Position numbers and translations under genes: made by a program. Under the pieces are notes generated by a model that saw only the letters and a list, made by a program, of their open reading frames with translations, did not search any database and was not told the origin of the DNA. A stretch of 63,876 nt of DNA, counting the filler, from Octopus bimaculoides (taxonomy: Eukaryota): the NCBI RefSeq assembly GCF_001194135.2. It is 6 parts of 6 records of this genome, joined end to end, with 100 filler letters (N's around TTAATTAATTAA, not from the genome) between each part and the next. Parts side by side here need not be neighbours in the genome. Positions count along the whole stretch, not along the records: positions 35,606 to 48,605 come from NC_068988.1; positions 48,706 to 59,172 come from NC_068991.1; 4 more parts are not named here. One strand, written 5' to 3'. The stretch's first letter is position 1. The number at the start of each line of letters is the position of its first letter. Positions 39,751-52,543 of the stretch are shown here, piece after piece.

Positions 39751-40713
39751 TGTCAATTGTTTCTCGAATCTTGCTTGCATTGCCTGATCCAAGGATTCAA
39801 ATATTCCTTTGTGGCTCATGGTTGTTTCAACTCAGATGAGCAACTTGAAACTTTGAAAGAGCTGGGTACAAAAGCATCTTTCAGACAATTCATACATTTT
39901 TGTGGTTTACGCTTCTGTTTAAGCTGAATATCTCTTTCATCATCATTTCACCTGATGTAAATTACATTAGACATTCACTCAATAAGGTTTTGCAATGTGA
40001 ATGAACTCGACAGAAGTGAATGAAACACATGCGTTTAATAGTTATAATTATAATCATAATAAAATATACATGTAATATTAATATGCATGTAAGGATAAAA
40101 TATGTAATAATAATAAAATTATTATAATTATAATTAAATATATAATAACTAGAAATGTATAAAGCTAACTCGGTTACTGACTTACTGAAATGAAGTTTAA
40201 TACTTCAAAATGCATGTCATGAACCTTCTCGAACATACATTTCGTATTTTAAAATAGTCTTTGAAATTCTATACTTACAAATTCGAAGATTTCTTTCACC
40301 ATAAAATTATAAAACGTTTTACGATTTCTACCGTCTATGTGAAACGGTTAAGAAATTAACTGGGACGGGTCTGTTTTGCTATCAGACAGCAATTACTGTT
40401 CGAGCTCTTTAAGTTGCCAGTTGCAGTGGACGATAAACATGTACATAAAACATCACTACTTAACCATCTCGCTTTCTTTGCTCTCGTTCTATATATTTAT
40501 ATTTCTAACAAAGCTTCCACGGTTGTTTCTCTTCCTCTCTTATATTCACTCTTTTTTTTATGCATGTTTCATATTTTCTTTCTTTCTTTTTCTTTCTTTC
40601 TCTCCTTCGCTTCTCTGTATGCATGTTTCCCCCCTTTTTCTCTGTATATATATATACATATATATACATATATATATATTTATATCGTCGTCGGCCTATT
40701 CTTACATAAAAAT

Positions 40714-40745
<32 letters not shown>

Positions 40746-40746
40746 C

Positions 40747-40779
<33 letters not shown>

Positions 40780-40814
40780 ATGTATATGTAAATATAAATA
40801 AATAATAAATAAAT

Positions 40815-41060
40815 GCGTCCTTTTAAAGCCTAGCTAGGCTCATGGGCCCGCTTTCCCGGTTTCAATGGTGTATGTGTTCCCCAGCTGGACGGGAGGCCAG
40901 TCCATCGCAGCATTACTCATTTTTGCCAGCTAAGCGGACTGGAGCAACGTGAAAGGAAGTGTTTTGCTCAAGAACACAACGCGTCGCCTGGTCCAGGAAT
41001 CGAAACCACAATCTTACGATCATGATGCTGATACCCTAACCACTAAGCCACGCGCCTCCA
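40815..41060 (-). mobile_element. SINE family C, short-tail subtype
   Basis: Reverse complement of 31540-31790. Confidence 0.85.
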
Positions 41061-41351
41061 CGTATATGTAAATATATGCATATAAATTATATGTGTGTTA
41101 TGTGTGTGTGTGTGTGTACATGTGTGCGTAAATGTGTGTGTGCGTGTGTGTATGTATATCCATACGGCCTGCATACATACATACAAATGCACAATACCGT
41201 TATGCGCACGCAGGAAATATTCCATAAATACTTCGAATGCATCTCTCACAAGACAAGATGACATGGAAATCAAGGAGAGAGTTTTGAGAGAATATAATTA
41301 AAAACCTATGAGTACACGAACGTCGTAGTCCAAGAATTTTTTTAGGGTGCG

Positions 41352-42180
41352 GAACAAGGAAGTGAAAAATCTATTCGAGTACCTCGATTCTAGGGTGGAA
41401 CATTGGTGAAAATCTGAGCAATGACAGAGACCAACATTTGGTTTATCGTAATTTTCATCAAACATTTGTGAGAGGCGCAAAGTATTTACTGAATATTTCC
41501 TGCTTCCTGCGTGTGCATAAGCATACTGCCCAATTGTATGTCTGTCTGTCTGTCTGTCCGACTGTCTAAAACTAAAGGACGCATTGGTTAATGTAGGCGT
41601 AGGTATCTCTGGAATAAACTTTTGGTGGTTACAATGGAAACGCTTTGGATCACTGGTCTGATTCGATCAGGGATGATGTATAAATAAAAAAGTTATAATA
41701 TTAAAACAAGTAGAAAATTTTAAAAATTGTTGATTCTCATTGTTCAGATTCACTATGGAGAAATTATTGTTTGTCATTGATAGCATTTAAGGTTGCGAAG
41801 CATGGGTTCTGAACAAATTTGAAGAGAATATAATCAATGCGGTTGAAATGTGATTGTACAACCATTAGGCGAAAGAGGACAACTCCTGAACAATTAGGGA
41901 AAACAAAATCTTTACTTTTTATGGCCATATTCGAAGAAGCAGAGGTCTGGAAAACATTTTGACAAAGCGACGCCTCCTCCCCCCTGATAGCGAACATGTC
42001 GTTTGATTGGCTGAAAATTCCTCGTGGAAGGAAGAGTAAAGGGTAGTGGATTAAGAGGCATACAAAGAACGCAATGGATGGATAATATCATAAGCTGGTT
42101 CGACAAGAGTGGCAAGGCAGATGAAATGATTGTGCTTAATCAGGAAAACTTTCGTTGTAGTGTTATCGATGTAATGCAGA
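41352..42180 (+). mobile_element. Old, fragmented RTE-clade LINE C-terminal region
   Basis: Pieces include NKEVKNLFEYLDSRVE, GCEAWVLNKFEENIINAVEM*LY and EGRVKGSGLRGIQRTQWMDNII, all resembling RTE motifs. Confidence 0.7.
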
Positions 42181-42851
42181 GATACGATAAGGACAATGGC
42201 AACGAGGACATTAGTAGCGCTTAGAAACCGCACAAATTTGCAGTCTGGGGTATTTTTGAACAGGCAGTTTCGTATGCGAAAATATTTAACTGCTATAAGC
42301 TCTACAGTTTGATTCCAATTCTACATCTGTATTAATGTGTAGAACAATGCTATAATCGTTACAACCTCGTATTTTTCCATTTTATAAACTCTCAATAATA
42401 TCGTTCTGCTATGGTAAAATTTTGCAAAGGCGGTGTCGATTGTGTTTAGGTCAATTACAAACATACAGAGCTATGAAATAGTCACTGGGCCTGTGACAAT
42501 CATCAACCGAACCTTCATACCAAGCCTTGCCGTTTTAAGACAAAGAATACCTGAGAATACCTGAGAATACATACGACAATGTAGTTGTTAAAATACAAAC
42601 AGATAGGAATATTATGGTAAGATTACCCGTGATCATAGATATACTCGATAAGGACCATGGTTAGAATGGCTTTGATCATAAAGCTTCTCGATAGGGACTG
42701 CAGTTTCTGTGTGATTCACATGCTTTCTTTCCAACCTTGTGATTTAGGGTTCAGTCCCAATGCGCGGCACTTTGGACAAATATCTTCGATAGCCCTGTGC
42801 CAACCCAAGCCTTCTGAATTTATTTGTCACACGAAAACTGAATATGTGTGT

Positions 42852-42898
<47 letters not shown>

Positions 42899-42941
42899 CA
42901 TGTATGTATATATATACCTGTGTGAGTGTCTGCATATATAA

Positions 42942-42993
<52 letters not shown>

Positions 42994-45189
42994 ATGTATG
43001 CATATATATATATATGTGTGTGCATGTATGTATATATATATATCTGTCTGCGTGTGCGCGCGTGTGTTTTTCCCCTCACCACTGCTTGGCAGCTGCTGTT
43101 CGTTTGTTTACAGGTCCCCGTATTCTAGCGGTTAGACTGATAGTAAAAGTACCAGGTTTTAAAATGTCCTGTGTCGATTTGTTCGACTGAGCCCCACAAG
43201 GTAATGTTCCAGCATGGCCGCAGTCCAATGACTGAAATAAATTAAAAGACAATCGTTATCTATTCAATCCATAGATTTAAATAAATGCTAAGTATGTTCA
43301 AAATATGAGAAGTACATGGCTTCGAACAGTGTCCGTTATGAGAGAAATCTATGTACATTTCTTCTCACGGCACATCTAACATGTCTTGTATGACAAGACT
43401 CGCTCTTTAAATTACATGTACAGACTTCCTTGTGAGCTCGTCAATGAAAGAGACCCCGTGTGATCACTCAGCTGGCTAAAAATAGCTGATTAAACTTGCC
43501 TAAAATCGTCTTCTTTCATAGAAATGGAAGAACTCTTTAGATAATGGTTTCTGATTTAAGTATATGGCAGACAACTTTCTGTGGGATGTGGGTTAGTCGA
43601 TACTACCGACCTAGTACTTGACGGGTACTTTATTTTATCGACCTCGGCGGGATTTCTTTAACTCACAACGTAAAGGTCCTGCAGAAATACCGAAACGTAT
43701 GTTTTCCGACTTTCTAATGAATTTGCCAGCTCGCTGCTTTAACATTTAAGATGGTGTAGTCCTAGATACACAACAACTTAAAAATAACGGGATCGCCAAG
43801 GTTTAGAATTAGACAACAAGGATCTTTGTGGTTTTCCTTACTGTTTACAATCATCTTTAAAAGATTTCTTTTAATGTATCATATAGATGTAAATTTTGAC
43901 GCTGAAACCGAATTTGTTATTCATTTATTCTAGAAAAATTTTGCAAAAATGTTACAGGTATTCAAAATTTGATAATTTTCAGAATTTTCAGCCAATCAAA
44001 CGACATGTTCGCTATCAGGGGGGAGGAGGCGTCGCTTTGTCAAAACATTAAACTAGGATTTTATAAAATAAATTATCTTTCTCGTATCTCCTTCTCCTCC
44101 TTGTGCGCATGCGCAGCATCATTGGTTACTCTGGAAACAGTTCTTCGCAATTAGCTATGAAACACGTGGTGCTTTTTTGCTTTGGTTACTATGGAAATAG
44201 AAATTTACGCCAAGGTGTTATGTTAAATATTCGCTTCTGATTGGCTAAAATAGTCAAATTTTGCAAATTTTAAAGGCTAATAACTTTTTGATTNNNNNNN
44301 NNNNNNNNNNNNNNNNNNNNNNNNNNNNNNNNNNNNNNNNNNNNNNNNNNNNNNNNNNNNNNNNNNNNNNNNNNNNNNNNNNNNNNNNNNNNNNNNNNNN
44401 NNNNNNNNNNNNNNNNNNNNNNNNNNNNNNNNNNNNNNNNNNNNNNNNNNNNNNNNNNNNNNNNNNNNNNNNNNNNNNNNNNNNNNNNNNNNNNNNNNNN
44501 NNNNNNNNNNNNNNNNNNNNNNNNNNNNNNNNNNNNNNNNNNNNNNNNNNNNNNNNNNNNNNNNNNNNNNNNNNNNNNNNNNNNNNNNNNNNNNNNNNNN
44601 NNNNNNNNNNNNNNNNNNNNNNNNNNNNNNNNNNNNNNNNNNNNNNNNNNNNNNNNNNNNNNNNNNNNNNNNNNNNNNNNNNNNNNNNNNNNNNNNNNNN
44701 NNNNNNNNNNNNNNNNNNNNNNNNNNNNNNNNNNNNNNNNNNNNNNNNNNNNNNNNNNNNNNNNNNNNNNNNNNNNNNNNNNNNNNNNNNNNNNNNNNNN
44801 NNNNNNNNNNNNNNNNNNNNNNNNNNNNNNNNNNNNNNNNNNNNNNNNNNNNNNNNNNNNNNNNNNNNNNNNNNNNNNNNNNNNNNNNNNNNNNNNNNNN
44901 NNNNNNNNNNNNNNNNNNNNNNNNNNNNNNNNNNNNNNNNNNNNNNNNNNNNNNNNNNNNNNNNNNNNNNNNNNNNNNNNNNNNNNNNNNNNNNNNNNNN
45001 NNNNNNNNNNNNNNNNNNNNNNNNNNNNNNNNNNNNNNNNNNNNNNNNNNCTATTGATCTTTTTTGCCGAACTGCTGTGTTATGCGGATAAATAAAATCT
45101 TCATTAACTGCTCCTCCTGTATTTCTTTTTCACCCGAAGCCAGGAACTTTTCGGCAGCCCCTCGTATATGCGAGCGCGTGTGTATGGTA

Positions 45190-45231
<42 letters not shown>

Positions 45232-46253
45232 TGTTTGTGTATGTCAATCTTACCACTTAATAATCAGTGTCGGTTTGTTTACGTCACTGCATCTTAGCGG
45301 TTTCGGCAAAAGGGACCAACAGAATAATACCGGACTGAAATAAAAGTACTGGAGTCGATTTTTTTCGACTTAACCATTCAATGCGGTGCCCCACCATGGC
45401 CACAGTCGAATGATATAAGGTGTTACCAACACGCTGACCTTCACATGCCTAACTACTGTGTGCGAAAATTCCTCTCTAAGTCTCCATGCTCACATGCATA
45501 TGACTGTATGTATACATATATATATATATATATATATATAAGAGAGCACACATCTGCGTTTGTGTGTGTGTGTGTGTGTGNNNNNNNNNNTATATATATA
45601 TATAAGAGAGCACACATCTGCGTTTGTGTGTGTGTGTGTGTGTGTGTGCGTGTGTGTGTGTGCGTGTGTGTGTGTGTGTGTACGGGCGATTTTACTTGAT
45701 CACTTATTGAAATGATTGACTGTAAGTTTAAGTGCTGTACAGCTACATTTTTCGTGGTGGACGCAGTTCGTGATCATCATGGCTAATTTTTTTTTCCACA
45801 AAGGTCCTTCTGTGTGTCTTTTGCGCACCTGCAGCATTGTTAACAGAATGTATTGTCAATATTGCCACCGTGTTTCTTGCATTGCTAACGCTTCGACATT
45901 CTTGTCACAGTTTCTTTTGTAACTCATTCTCCCTTGTTTAAATAGTCTCATTTGTATTGGTATTCCGTTTGGCGAGAGAAGATTGTGTAGATGTGCATGG
46001 CTACGTTGGATGGGCGAATAAACACGTGGCTGAATGGCTCGGGTAGTTGAATTGATGGGGAGAAAAATAGATATAGACGGAGATAGATAGATAGATAGAC
46101 AAATTAGAGGATTAGATAGTTAGTGAGAGAGGGAGGGAGAGTGAGTGAGAGTGAGAAAAAGAGAGTGTGAGAGAGATATTGATAGAAAACTTGAAAAATT
46201 GACAGGTTGATATAAAAACCATACAGATATACAGACAGATTGAAAGATAGACT

Positions 46254-46303
<50 letters not shown>

Positions 46304-47104
46304 AAGAAAATAAATAGATGGACAGATTGATAGACGGACGGACAGACAGACAGATGCCTACGATGTTAACTGCTTTCGAAATTAACGTTGTCTTTCAGTG
46401 CAGATAAAACAGCACCAATCCAGAGTGATGGAATGGCGGAACTGTAAGAACGTCGGTTGGGATGCGTTGCGTTATTTGTCTCGGTTATTTGCGTTTTGAG
46501 TTCAAATTCCGCGTTGGCCTACTTGGTCACCCCGGTTGTCAAGCGGTGGTGGAGGACTGAACCCGGAACCATGTGCTTGAGAAGGAAACTTCTTACTATA
46601 CGACCACGCCGGCGTCTATTCATGTTTAAACACTGCCATAAAGCAAATGTGTATACTTCATACATCGGCATATATATATATATANNNNNNNNNNNNNNNN
46701 NNNNNNNNNNNNNNNNNNNNNNNNNNNNNNNNNNNNNNNNNNNNNNNNNNNNNNNNNNNNNNNNNNNNNNNNNNNNNNNNNNNNNNNNNNNNNNNNNNNN
46801 NNNNNNNNNNNNNNNNNNNNNNNNNNNNNNNNNNNNNNNNNNNNNNNNNNNNNNNNNNNNNNNNNNNNNNNNNNNNNNNNNNNNNNNNNNNNNNNNNNNN
46901 NNNNNNNNNNNNNNNNNNNNNNNNNNNNNNNNNNNNNNNNNNNNNNNNNNNNNNNNNNNNNNNNNNNNNNNNNNNNATTAAAAGGGTAAAGGATTATCAA
47001 TTTATTAATTAATAATTCAATTAACAATTAATAATTTTTACCAAGCCCATCAGTATGAAAGCACCATTATTGGTGGAGAACTTATTTAAAAGCTCATATA
47101 TATT

Positions 47105-47348
47105 TATAAACATAATTAAGGGATCAGCAAATATTTGCTTCACCATATACCGAAGTTCAGAAATAGCAGCTAAAAAAGCTGAGAATCCCACAGATAGCAT
47201 CACTTGTAACTCACAAAGGCAAAAACAAGAAGAAAAAGAAGAGTTACAAGTGATGCTATCTGTGGGATTCTCAGCTTTTTTAGCTGCTATTTTTGAACTT
47301 CGGTATATGGTGAAGCAAATATTTGCTGATCCCTTAATGATGTTTATA
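47105..47348. repeat. Long inverted repeat, 108-bp arms, 28-bp purine-rich loop
   Basis: The arms 47105-47212 and 47241-47348 are reverse complements with 2 mismatches by my alignment. Confidence 0.95.
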
Positions 47349-47940
47349 TTTATATATATAGGTAGACAGACATGGAGAATTGTTGGGGATTGGTAATCTC
47401 CGTCCTGTTCATGGGGTATCTATCTCGAAGAAAACCGAAAGTCCACTGGTGCACGATTTCCAAATAAATCAGCCATAAAACCGCTTGGCATATGAGCCAA
47501 ATAATAAAAGGGGAAAATTAATTTAGCACATCTTTATTATCCCTTACAGTTGTTTCGGAATGGTTTTCAAAATGGGAAGCTACCGAAAAAATTGTAACTA
47601 ATAATAAAGACGGGCTAAAATCATTATCATTCTTTGTCTTCTCATCTGGACATATACGTATGTGTGTGTGCGTGTGTGTGTGTGATTCTTTGTGTCCGTG
47701 TTTGTCCCCTACCACCGCTTGACAACCTGTGTTGGTTCGGCAAAGGACCGATAGAATAAGTACATGGCTTAAATGCAAAGATAATAAAAAGAAAAGAACT
47801 GGAGTTGATTCGTTCGACGAAAATTCCTCATACAGCTGTCTAATGATTAATCAAGTAAAAACTAAAAGAATATATGAGTGTGTGTGTGTGTGTGTAAAGT
47901 GTTTGAAGTAGTGTTCAAATATTGTATATCAACAAGGAAG

Positions 47941-48090
47941 CAGTCAGAACTTTGGATAATTCTACATTGGCGCTTTCGTTCGTTTAACCGAACTCTTCAA
48001 GATAATAAAACCAAGATCTTGGTTTTATTATCTTGAAGAACTCGGTTAACAAACGAAAGCGCCAATGAAGAATTATCCAAAATCCGACTG
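47941..48090. repeat. Loopless imperfect palindrome centred on AGATCT
   Basis: Perfect 23-bp arms at 47994-48016 and 48017-48039; imperfect symmetry extends to 47941 and 48090. Confidence 0.92.
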
Positions 48091-48574
48091 CCACCTTCTT
48101 TTTAATAATGTACGGAACACTACATTATATACACGCGCGCATGCGCATTGCGATTCCTATAGATTTGACGATTGAATGTAGTTCTCAAATGAACCTTCTC
48201 TTGTTCGTTAAAATTTTCTTTTTCTTTTTGTTCTCCCGCTGACATTTCAGCTGACACAGTTCACAACTTCCTCTAAAGATGATCTCTGATAGCTTCAAGT
48301 CGACTGAGAAAATACGGAGAGCTGAAATCACTGTTTCCTTATAGTACACTGATGGAAAATATTTTGATGCTCGACTGGATAGCCAGTACAGACAGACGTA
48401 TAGATAGCATTCGAATAAATAAGGTGCGATAAAAAGGAGGATATTTGTGCAAATTAGTGACGAGAAAAGACTGGATTTATTTAGGGTATGCATTACATTA
48501 GGGTAGAATTTCTATTTATGTTATATATATACATATATAAACATATAACGGATATATATGTATATGTATGTATG

Positions 48575-48605
<31 letters not shown>

Positions 48606-48900
48606 NNNNNNNNNNNNNNNNNNNNNNNNNNNNNNNNNNNNNNNNNNNNTTAATTAATTAANNNNNNNNNNNNNNNNNNNNNNNNNNNNNNNNNNNNNNN
48701 NNNNNATATATATATATATATATAAACATATAAATTTGACATGGGTGATTCTTTCTTGTATATTTTCTTGTCACGGTCAAGAAAATTCACGGTCAAACAG
48801 CTGGGTGGAATTGCGTGAAAAATTACACAGGTGTGTAGAACGATTTGGCGGTGTTGCTGGGCTTTGTATTTTTTCATAGCTCCTATGATTACCGAGATAA

Positions 48901-49894
48901 TCTACTATAATAATACTCTTGTGTTTATGAATGAGAAAGGAAGGGGTGATAGATGAATAAGGAAGGAAGGGGTGATGTCATACTTGGTAGTGGGATGATG
49001 AAAATTGTACACTGAAAAAATTAATGAAACAGCGTTTCAACTCTGCGTGAATATATGTGTGTGTATGTAAAAGGGGTGGGTGGATATGTGAATGTGTGGT
49101 GTGTGTGTGTGTATGTGTGTATGTGTGCGTGTTTGTGTGCTTGTGCGTTTGTGTGTGCACGGAATGGAAGTGCAATGGTTAACATTCAATGCTGAAAAGA
49201 AAAATCAAACAGCATTTCAACTCTGTGTATTTGGTATTTACTAACCAGCTCTTGTATTTAGTCATGGCCAGCTTCATGTGGCCTTAAGTAGGACAAGAAG
49301 GAAGGGAAACTTAAAACTTCTTTTGAAGGCAACAAGCAGTCAAAGGATGTTAGTTGCCGATAGATTTTTCACAAGTCTGGTAGTAAAAGAATTATTAAAC
49401 TAAAAACTTGGTTTTGTACCTTATCTACTATAATAATACTCTTGTGCTTTTCTCTGTCACAACATATGAATAAAGAAGGAAGAAGTGATGGCAAACTTCA
49501 AAGTAGGATGATGGAAACTGTATGATAAAAAAGTTAAATCAAACAGCGTTTCAACTCTGTGTGAGTTTATATGTGTGTATGTAAAAGGGAGGTATGTAAA
49601 TGTTTGTGTGTGTGTGTGAGTGTGTGCGCAATGGAAGTGGGATGGTGAACATTCAACACTGAAGAGAAAAATCAAACAGCATTTCAACTCTGTGTATTTG
49701 GTATTTACTTGCCAGCTCCCGTATTTAGTCACGACCAGCTTTATGTGGCCTTAAGTCAGACAAGAAGCAAGGAAAACTTGAAAATTCTTTTGAAGTAAAC
49801 AAGCAGTCAAAGGATGTTAGTTGCGGATAGATTTTTCACAAAAAATTTAGCAATAAAAGAATTATTAAACCAAAATCTTGATTTTGTACCTTAT
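48901..49894 (+). repeat. Diverged local tandem duplication (units ~523 and ~471 bp)
   Basis: tctactataataatactcttgtg occurs at 48901 and 49424, with shared blocks aaacagcatttcaactctgtgtatttggtatttact and aagcagtcaaaggatgttagttgc. The length difference lies mainly in the TG tract. Confidence 0.9.
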
Positions 49895-50110
49895 TTGTCA
49901 TAGCCTCTTCAGTCTGGGAATATCTTGACTGCTGCTTTTAGGGCATTTACGGTTGCTGTCAACATGTATGTATACAATTATGTGCTTAGACTGAAGCATT
50001 AGAACATTTAGCCTTTATTCCTAGCAATGTAGGTGTTTATAACACCCTCAGTCATATTTAATGACAGTTATAGTTCTCCTTGTATATACATACATACATA
50101 CATACATACA

Positions 50111-50166
<56 letters not shown>

Positions 50167-50650
50167 AAATAGACAGAAATGATGGCTTATATACATTTAT
50201 TTATATATTATAGGCTTACAGCTGTTTCAGATATGCATTTGGATGTGTTCATGAAAATATAGGGAACCACTATCTACAGCTATCTTCTTCAGAGCTAAAC
50301 AAACCAACTGCCCTAGTTGTAAGCCTATAATAGATAAATAAATAAATGAATAAATAAATGAATAGATAAATAGATATGTAAATAAATAAATAATTGTATA
50401 TAGCCCATTATTTCTGCCTCTTTTCACTCTGTAAAAGAGTACCATCTTAATTTAGTCATTGAACCATAGATTTACAAATCTGACTGGTGATGAACTTTGG
50501 TTTTGGATTACCTGGACTATAATACCAATCATGAAACTTTTTTGTTAATCCTGGTATATTCTTTTATCTAGAGAGAGCTTATGAAGTATTTCACCTGGAT
50601 AACTAATCCCTTATTAATCCCAATACAGGACACTACTCCCACGAGCAAAG

Positions 50651-50880
50651 TGGCTCTGCTTAATGTGTAGAAAAAGTGTAAATAGAAATCTCTTATGGTG
50701 CACTCAGTGCAAACTATGGATACATGAGATATGTAACGAAATCAAAGGCAGTTAACTGACAAAACAGACTTTATATATGGCAGATACTCAGGAGCATAAA
50801 TACAAAGAACTCATGGAAAATTAATTCTCTCAAATGACCAGGAAATTTGTTAGAGGTAGTTACCTAGATGACCTAATCAC
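50651..50880 (+). mobile_element. RTE LINE fragment encoding a Cys/His (PHD-like) finger
   Basis: Reads WLCLMCRKSVNRNLLWCTQCKLWIHEICNEIKG*, then after frameshifts ..LEVVTYLDDLI, which lines up with LEIVDSFCYLGDQ at 33355-33420. Confidence 0.7.
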
Positions 50881-51262
50881 TCTTGGTTGTTATAAAAATA
50901 TATATAGATAATGTATATATGATATATATGTATATTATATATATATATGTATATAAAACATACATAGTGGACTCTCCCATCGAAGACAATGTATGAGCAT
51001 TCAGCTTTGGGTAAACAACCTGCACAAATGATTTGTTTATAGTGATTGAATGTTCATGCTGCACATTAGCTCACATCAAATCAATGTTGTCTGAACAGGT
51101 GCACTGTTTACCACTTGTGAGGTGTCAAAGTGATTGCAGAGCAACATGAGATGAAGTGTTTTGCTCGAGAACTCAACACAACACCCAGTTAGGAATTGAA
51201 TATACATACATACACACATAAATACATACATATATGCATACATATATACATATATATATATG

Positions 51263-51677
51263 GTGATGACAAGTGACTGAGACCTTTGGAGATATGCTGT
51301 GCTTGAGAAGACACGGCAAGCCAAGTGAGACCATAACCGTGCCCTATGCCAGTGCAGCATAACCAGCCCATTTACGAGTACCCTTCAATCATTGTGCAAT
51401 AAACTGCACTTGCGAAGACCTGTTGAGTCAAGTGAAGTCATTGTCGTGGCCGATGCCAGTACCACCTGATTGGCACCTGTGCCGTGGTACGTAAAAAGCA
51501 CCCACTACACACTTGGAGTGGTTGGTGTTAGGAAGGGCATTCAGCTGTAGAAACTTTGCCAGATCTGATTGGAGCTTGGTGCAGCCTTCTGGCTTGCCAG
51601 CCGTCAGCCAAACTGCCCAACCCATGCCAGCATGGAAAGCGGATGTTAAACGACGATGACGATGATGATGATAATGA
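51263..51677 (+). mobile_element. RTE LINE 3' end (last codons, 3' UTR, (GAT)n tail)
   Basis: Codons ..DLWRYAVLEKTRQAK* match 55960-56009. The tail is ..catgccagcatggaaagcggatgttaaacgacgatgacgatgatgatg. Confidence 0.85.
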
Positions 51678-52173
51678 TATATATATATATATATTATTTT
51701 TTAAACCAGACCTAATTTTCTTAATTATTTGCATGTAAAGCACCACTAATCCAACAACATTGGACTTGTCCGGGCTTATGTATGAAATCTCACTTGCTTA
51801 AAATTTTACCTGAAGATGGTGTATTATATGTTATGATGTAATCCATGAATACATTACAAAATTTTTTTCCAAAACAGCTGTCGTAAATTTTAAACATCAT
51901 TTGTGTTTTATTTTTATACCTTTTTTTATATTTTTACACTACACCAAGGGCCAACCCCAGAGTTGGAACTATGGTTTAGATTGGATCTGGTACCTGCATA
52001 TATACAGTATCCTTCCAACATTTGATGCCTTCGAAGTTGTTTACCTCACTGTGAGCTCTATGTTACCATACCTAGCCGTTTCTGGCATCAACACATTAAT
52101 GTACTTAGATTGTATTGAATCCTTAAAAGTAATATACATAAATATAGAGATAGATAGATAGGTAGATAGATAA

Positions 52174-52207
<34 letters not shown>

Positions 52208-52452
52208 AGTTAGACAGACACAGACAGGCAGACAGACAGACATATTGAGTGGTTCCCAATTTAAATTGCAGAACAGTAACCATTATTTATAATTCCATAT
52301 ACATTCCCATTTGTATTATTCTCCTTGTATCATTTGGTATGAATCTGGAGTTGGGTATGTCACAGAGTACATATTGAAAACAAAATTTAATATGAAAGAT
52401 TGTTTATAACTAAATATTTGATAGACAATCTCTCGTGTTTAGTTTTCTTTTA

Positions 52453-52486
<34 letters not shown>

Positions 52487-52512
52487 AATATACATATGTG
52501 TGTGTGTGTGTG

Positions 52513-52543
<31 letters not shown>

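Noticed and set aside
40279-40370. Minus-strand GTAAGT donor preceded by ..GERNLR.., superficially like the copine FEERENLRF exon
   Set aside because: No frame is open from any acceptor to the donor.
45529-45660. Apparent direct duplication agagagcacacatctgcgtttgtgtg on both sides of a 10-N gap
   Set aside because: This is the typical overlap artefact of two contig ends that could not be merged.
48251-48486. MISDSFKSTEKIRRAEITVSL, vaguely like the copine N-terminal VELTVSC
   Set aside because: It is followed by a stop rather than a donor, and it is on the opposite strand to the copine exons.
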